This document shows, one piece after another, positions 58,784-64,000 of a stretch of 64,000 nt of DNA. Location of the stretch: contig CAVRCJ010000003.1 of assembly GCA_963719515.1 (NCBI GenBank), positions 96,001-160,000 of the forward strand, written 5' to 3'. A program made the position numbers and the translations under genes. Positions within the stretch are counted from its first letter, which is position 1. Each line of letters begins with the position of its first letter. The stretch is from an uncultured cyanobacterium. GTDB lineage: Bacteria > Cyanobacteriota > Cyanobacteriia > CAKZMO01. Below the pieces are notes generated by a model. It was not told where the DNA came from, did no database searches, and saw only the letters and a list, made by a program, of their open reading frames with translations.

Positions 58784-61700
58784 TCATTTCGCCGTAAGCC
58801 ACGGCACTAGCGGGTCACGGGCTAGATGCGTCGACATCTTGACAGCGCCGTAGCGATTGAGATGGCTCGGGTCAGAGAAGTATTGATGATAGTCGGGCTG
58901 CTCTAGCCAAAGGCGGCTGAGGTCCCGAAACACAAATTTATCCTGCTGAAGGGCGGTGTCGATCATGTATTGGCGGAAGGTCTGCTCGTGGCCTGAGCGA
59001 AAGGGGTCAAGATACTCTTGGGTCAGGGGCGTGTTGACAAAGATGACGGTGACGTTGTGCAGGGTCATGCTGGCAAGCAGGTTTCGCAACGCTTCAGTCT
59101 GCTCGCCTTGAAGCTGAAAGTTCGTGTAGTCTTTGTCGTAGTTGCCTGATACTCGGGCGTATTGATCGTAATAGGTTGACGGGTCGAAGCGGGCGGTGAT
59201 GGGCAAGAAGCCATTCGGCTCAATTTGCGCAAGCGCCGATGAAATGGGCACAGGATTTGTCGCATTCGATGGGGCTGAGGCGCTGCTTAGCCGGCTGTCT
59301 GAGCCTGTACCACCGTCGGAAGGGCCGCTCAGCTGGGGTGCGGAGGCCTGCCCTTCTAGCCTAGATAGGAACCCAGAAGCTGTCGCTTGGGCCGCCGAGG
59401 GATCAGACGGGGAGATCGCCCCGAACCTTTGGCCAATCCAAGCTTTGATGCGATCGCGATGACGGTGAGCGTTGGAAACTCGGCTAAGGCGATCGCTCAG
59501 CCAATCGTCGATGGCTTGGTAGCTCTCGAACAGGCGCGTGAACCAGGAGGTTGCCGCTGCGTTAGCGTCTGGTGCGGGTCGATTCCCCTCAGCAATCGCC
59601 TCGTCAAAGCCCTCGTAGAGGCGGCCTTCGGCAAGGGTCTCATATCCTTCAGAGGCAGCGATCGCCTGAAAGGTTTCGTCGACTCGTCCTCCGTTGAAAG
59701 CGCGTGTCCCATCTGCCCAAACCACGAGCTTGGGCAGGTGCTCAGGCGGCAGAATACGGCGCAGAATTAGATCGACCACTTGAGCGGTCGCCCCGTTGAC
59801 GCCAAAATTAAAAATGCTGGCGTCTGGGTACCCGAGAGCCGCAAGCTCCGTTTTGAGGACGGCAGGGTCAAGACTGCGCATAGCCCGCGAACTGCCAATA
59901 GCGATCACATCAGGTGGCCCTGCCGTTTGCAGCTGCTGATAATAGAGGGCGAGCTTGAGATCAAGCTGGGGATTATTGAAGCTTGGAAAGGGAGACTGCT
60001 CTAGCAACAGGGCCGTCACATCCTCTGTTAGAGGCTGGTCCGCCAAAATTTGAGGCTGAGTATCGCTCGCCTGTGTCAGGCTTTCGGCTGCTAGCACCCG
60101 TGAGTCAATCCACCAGCCCGTTGCGATGTCCACCTGGGTGAATAGCAGCAGCCCGACAGCGCTCCAGACGAGCGCGACCTGAAGATCGACCGGGGTGCTG
60201 CGGCCAGGACGCACTAGATCCCGGGCGCTGACGCTGGGGATAAACACCTGCGATCGCAGCATGGCGTGCCGCAGCCGCAGCCTTAAGGCCTGTAGACTTC
60301 GCTGCCCCACAACCCACAGTCTTTGGGGGGTGACTGAAGGGCTAGGAGAGAGCTCCGGCTCCGGGGAGACAAGCTCGGTGACATAGGCGTCCGTGGCGGC
60401 AAATGCAGGGGACGGCTCAGGCACAAACCGCTGGCGATCGCTAAAGTCCATCCCTGCTCGCCAGCGAGGACGGCGCTGTCCCGCCCTGCGGCCATATACG
60501 CGCACGCCGTAAATTGACTCTATGGCCAGCTGCGCCACAAGAGCCTGAACGGCCTCGGCGACAGCCGCTTTTTCTGGACAGAGCGAGCCATCACACATCA
60601 CATGCATCAGCCCGTCTTTGATTAAGGTCTGGACGCGGATACCGCCCGTAGCTAGCTGGTAGTCCAGGTCAGGGTTGAGCAGGCGGGCCAAAAGAAATCG
60701 AACTGCCGGCAGGTTACCGGCTTGGGCAAGTGTCCAGGGGCTTGGCGGTATTTTGTCCGTGGCGATCGCCCGCTGCTCTCGAAGCGCTACCTCTAGGCCC
60801 GCTAGCTCTAAGATCTGAATGCCGCGGGGGGCCAGGGTCTTTAGGTAAGGACTGAGAACATCAAGCGCTCGATTGAGCTGAGCTTGGGGGGTGAAGCGAG
60901 ACTCTCCTGGAACCGGTGGCTGATAGGTGAACCGCAGCGTTGTGCCGGTCAAGCTTCCGCCAACAATGCGTCCGAGCTGCTGTGAGTCCAGCCGGTAGTT
61001 CAGCAGGCGACCGATAGCCTCCACGTCCCCCCATCGTGCCCACCCCTGGAGGATTTCCTCCGCAGGGGTCAAATCGATCTTGAGCACCCAGTCCACGCGC
61101 TCTTCGCCGCGCACCTTGACCAGCACAACCGCATCCCGAACGCCTTCGAGGGGAAACCGACGGAGCTCGTGGGAGAGCGGCTCCGCAATCAGGCTCGGAT
61201 CGGGGCTATAGGAAGACTGACAAGCCACCCACAGTCGCTTTGCCGACGGGCCGTGGGGCTTAACGCGGATCGTAACGGCAATGCCGAGGGGACTGAGAAT
61301 TCTAGCAAGCTGCTGGGCGATCGCAGCTTTCGAGTTTTGCGGTTCGCTAGCGGGAGCTGTAAGGCTAGCCGCCCCCCCCGCCCTTCCAGTGGTAGAAAGG
61401 CGATCGTCACTGCGGACAGCCGTACGAGAGAATTCCCGAGCGGAAGACTCAGGAACAACGATATTGGCGTAGGACGCAGCCGATACGTTCGGGGTAACGG
61501 CGGTGCTCCAAGCCGGTTCGTAATCCCCCAACACGCGGCCGTAGCACCACAGCTGATAGATAGGAGGCTGCCCGGAATCAATATGATTGATGTCCTGCTG
61601 CTTTAAGAGTGAGACAACGCAGGCGATAACTGCGTCTTGCTCTGGGCAAGACGGGGCCTCACAGAGAATATGTAGGCTGTTGCCGCGCCGCCGCCACTTG

Positions 61701-61789
61701 ATAGCCGTACCGAGCGCCTTTGCTAGGGTGGCCACCCACTGATCGATGCATTGAGGTAGGTCAGCAATCGAAGTATTCGAATGGGTCAT
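58784..61789 (-). CDS. Large membrane protein with a C-terminal SGNH/DltD-like (DUF1574-like) domain
   Basis: Repeated N-terminal modules (HILCE/HVMCD, VYGR), one TM, then IGSSRA, FNFGVNGA and FSDPSHLN. Confidence 0.75.
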   Translation of the reverse strand: MTHSNTSIADLPQCIDQWVATLAKALGTAIKWRRRGNSLHILCEAPSCPEQDAVIACVVSLLKQQDINHIDSGQPPIYQLWCYGRVLGDYEPAWSTAVTPNVSAASYANIVVPESSAREFSRTAVRSDDRLSTTGRAGGAASLTAPASEPQNSKAAIAQQLARILSPLGIAVTIRVKPHGPSAKRLWVACQSSYSPDPSLIAEPLSHELRRFPLEGVRDAVVLVKVRGEERVDWVLKIDLTPAEEILQGWARWGDVEAIGRLLNYRLDSQQLGRIVGGSLTGTTLRFTYQPPVPGESRFTPQAQLNRALDVLSPYLKTLAPRGIQILELAGLEVALREQRAIATDKIPPSPWTLAQAGNLPAVRFLLARLLNPDLDYQLATGGIRVQTLIKDGLMHVMCDGSLCPEKAAVAEAVQALVAQLAIESIYGVRVYGRRAGQRRPRWRAGMDFSDRQRFVPEPSPAFAATDAYVTELVSPEPELSPSPSVTPQRLWVVGQRSLQALRLRLRHAMLRSQVFIPSVSARDLVRPGRSTPVDLQVALVWSAVGLLLFTQVDIATGWWIDSRVLAAESLTQASDTQPQILADQPLTEDVTALLLEQSPFPSFNNPQLDLKLALYYQQLQTAGPPDVIAIGSSRAMRSLDPAVLKTELAALGYPDASIFNFGVNGATAQVVDLILRRILPPEHLPKLVVWADGTRAFNGGRVDETFQAIAASEGYETLAEGRLYEGFDEAIAEGNRPAPDANAAATSWFTRLFESYQAIDDWLSDRLSRVSNAHRHRDRIKAWIGQRFGAISPSDPSAAQATASGFLSRLEGQASAPQLSGPSDGGTGSDSRLSSASAPSNATNPVPISSALAQIEPNGFLPITARFDPSTYYDQYARVSGNYDKDYTNFQLQGEQTEALRNLLASMTLHNVTVIFVNTPLTQEYLDPFRSGHEQTFRQYMIDTALQQDKFVFRDLSRLWLEQPDYHQYFSDPSHLNRYGAVKMSTHLARDPLVPWLTAK

Positions 61790-62007
61790 AGTCAGTGGTG
61801 CAGTCCTGACGGGTTGTTATTGGGGCAAGTTACAGTGGCAAACTACGGCGGCGCAGATGGCGACGGTCAAGCATAGCGCCAAAACTTAGTGGCCGAGCAC
61901 TGTTGCAAATCACAGCGGTAAAAGCAGTTGCCCAAACGCCTAAGTGATGGTAGCACAGCGACATACAAGAGTCGACGCCAGCTTGAGCAGGCAGCTGAGG
62001 TAGAGAG

Positions 62008-62856
62008 TCACTGAACCGATTCGGGAACCGACTGCCTAGAGGGTAAGACCTGATCGAGGGAGTCGGAAAAAAAGAACGCCCAGACAATTAGTCCTGCAAA
62101 GGCTAAAGCGCCCAGGGCTATCAGCAGCGATGCCAGCTGAGCGCCTTGCCCTTTTGACCTAGCCGCTGCAGAGCTAAAGCGCCTTGAGAGCTGCGGCGGC
62201 TGGGCTGGTCGCCCGGGTAAGGGTTGTCGCCTTGGCGCAGGGCGCGTCGGACTAGCGGTACGCCTGGTGGTGGCGACCTGGGATGGGCCGGAGAAGGTCC
62301 GACCCGTTGCCTTTGACGCCACGCCAGCGACCATGGCCGACCGCATCGAATTAGCGCCACGCATAACCTGAAGCTTTTGCTGGACCGCCTCTGGTCTCTG
62401 GCCGCTGCGGCTCCACTCCAGCAGCGCCGTGCTAGAAATAGCAGTCAAATTGGCCGTCTGCACATCCTCAATGCGCTGAATGATGCTGCGATCGCTGGCG
62501 ACTAAAATCACCAGGCTTTGGCCGTGCTTCTGGGCCATTCCGTACGCACAGCGCGCCACAGAGAGGGCGACTCTGACGCGGCGCGTGAGGGCATGACCGG
62601 TAGAGGACTTGAGCAGCGGATGGTGGCCTGCGACCTCAGTAATTTGCCAACCGCTGCTGGCGTAGAAGCGATTGAATTCTCGGGAGACCCGCTCTAGGTC
62701 AGAGTCAGGAGAGCGATCATATAAAAATCGCATCTCTTCAAACACCGTTTGAGGAATAAAGCAGGCACCAGCACGCGAAAAACTAATCCAGTCACGGACA
62801 TCGGTCGCAGTCAGAGTACTGACGTCAAGAATTAAAAGTATGGGGGGGGCAGACAC
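62008..62856 (-). CDS. PIN-like domain protein with a C-terminal membrane anchor
   Basis: Motifs LILDVS, IPQTVFEEM and VASDR; Pro/Arg linker; TM helix. GTG start. Confidence 0.7.
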   Translation of the reverse strand: MSAPPILLILDVSTLTATDVRDWISFSRAGACFIPQTVFEEMRFLYDRSPDSDLERVSREFNRFYASSGWQITEVAGHHPLLKSSTGHALTRRVRVALSVARCAYGMAQKHGQSLVILVASDRSIIQRIEDVQTANLTAISSTALLEWSRSGQRPEAVQQKLQVMRGANSMRSAMVAGVASKATGRTFSGPSQVATTRRTASPTRPAPRRQPLPGRPAQPPQLSRRFSSAAARSKGQGAQLASLLIALGALAFAGLIVWAFFFSDSLDQVLPSRQSVPESVQ

Positions 62857-62860
62857 GGGA

Positions 62861-64000
62861 TTAACCTCCGATACCGATTATCTCTGCCAAGCGGGGGGGC
62901 ATTGGCAGTAAAACAGCAGCAGTTAAAAATAGAACAAACAGTGCAATCGTTGCTCTAGCGTCATTGGGTTCTGTGAGTTCATCGAGACTCGGACGCTCCA
63001 AATCTCGCTGAAGAAACAGAATGACGATGGCCCAGTAAAGCGCCAGCGGATTAGCTAGAGTTGCGATCGCCAGCACGATCAGAGTGATAATGGTGGCCCG
63101 GCGGGCAATTTTTCGGCCATAGATGGCCTGAATAATTCGACCGCCGTCCAGCTGACCGGCTGGCATAACGTTAATTGCGGTAATCACCAGCCCCAACCAT
63201 CCGACGATGGTCAGCGGGTGAATATCGACTAGCGGCTGCTGGAGCGCTGGCCCCATCACCGCCTGTGACAAAGTTCCAACCAACACCGATCCCTGAAAAA
63301 ACTGGGATGGAATCTGGAACGCGCTTCCCTGATGAGATAAAAACAGGCCAGCCACGAGGAAGCTCAGTGATAGAGCGCCGCCCATGACCGGACCTGCAAC
63401 GGAAATGTCGAACAAGACGCTGCGGTTAGGCAACACCGACTCGAACCGCGTCAATGCTCCAAAAGAGCCAATTTGCCACGCGGGAATGAAAAACGGTGGC
63501 CCTAGCCGAACCCCATACTGCCGCGCCTGCAGCCAATGGCCGGTTTCATGGGCCAGTAAAACAAGAATGATTGAAATCGCAATGGGCCAGCTCTCTGAAA
63601 AGTGCCCCGGCTCGTTGAAAAAATCGAACCCCTGCAGAATCCCTGCCGTTTCTAGGCTAGTCGCCGTCGTCGCGGCGAGCAGCACCAGGGAAAACAGCCA
63701 CTGGGTTCTGGAAGATTGGGGTGGATCGCTGCTGCCGGTGGGCAGCACGATAACAACGGGTTTGTCCTCAGGGCCATCCAGCAAGAACAGGCGGTAGCGA
63801 TCGCCCACGCGCTCCGACAATTGCTCTGAGAGTATCCGGTGCGTCTCAGCCGCATTGCTGCCCCGGAGGTTGCCTTTGAAGATGGCTCCCCCTTGGTAAG
63901 GAACCGTCTCCGTAGCGAAAAAGGTGTCAATGCCGAAAATGAGCCGAATCTCGGCTAGGTCCTCGCTGGAAATCTTGTCGTCGCGGTTGTCCTCGCTGCT
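62861..64000 (-). CDS. Site-2 protease (M50, EGY-like), 5' part outside the window
   Basis: HETGH, AGP and NVMPAGQLDGG; frame continues to the window edge. Confidence 0.93.
   Translation of the reverse strand, partial: SSEDNRDDKISSEDLAEIRLIFGIDTFFATETVPYQGGAIFKGNLRGSNAAETHRILSEQLSERVGDRYRLFLLDGPEDKPVVIVLPTGSSDPPQSSRTQWLFSLVLLAATTATSLETAGILQGFDFFNEPGHFSESWPIAISIILVLLAHETGHWLQARQYGVRLGPPFFIPAWQIGSFGALTRFESVLPNRSVLFDISVAGPVMGGALSLSFLVAGLFLSHQGSAFQIPSQFFQGSVLVGTLSQAVMGPALQQPLVDIHPLTIVGWLGLVITAINVMPAGQLDGGRIIQAIYGRKIARRATIITLIVLAIATLANPLALYWAIVILFLQRDLERPSLDELTEPNDARATIALFVLFLTAAVLLPMPPRLAEIIGIGG

Overview
This window is cyanobacterial chromosomal DNA. It carries psbB/psbT/psbM, pcxA and ntcB, and the HIP1 octamer GCGATCGC is frequent; gene content suggests a filamentous Leptolyngbya/Nodosilinea-like organism (inference). 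Most of it is housekeeping: glgP, rplY, purA/add, murC-murB-ybaB, gap2, trxQ, lepB, purB, nrdR, mobA and nirB-ntcB-cnaT. Two accessory regions stand out. (1) 37.2-49.3 kb: a two-partner secretion pair (TpsA/TpsB) brackets a tightly packed series of a sigma-70-like factor, DUF1822, a CHAT-CHASE2-TM protease with intact His/Cys, and DUF928. This is the best candidate for an uncharacterised protease/anti-sigma/sigma signalling system. (2) 2.0-14.0 kb: a lower-GC patchwork. It holds an HD/PDE-like hydrolase, an HTH-AAA_35 NTPase and a doubly frameshifted AAA_35-GAF-GAF fusion. It also holds a deletion scar joining two beheaded genes, a beheaded TetR, a single-TM FtsH and an orphan PLP decarboxylase. 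Also seen are a ~105-bp MITE-like repeat (two copies), GTAG REP-like hairpins, a consensus NtcA promoter and a probable pseudo-amidohydrolase. No rRNA, tRNA or CRISPR array was recognised. All family assignments come from motif recognition by eye, not from database searches.
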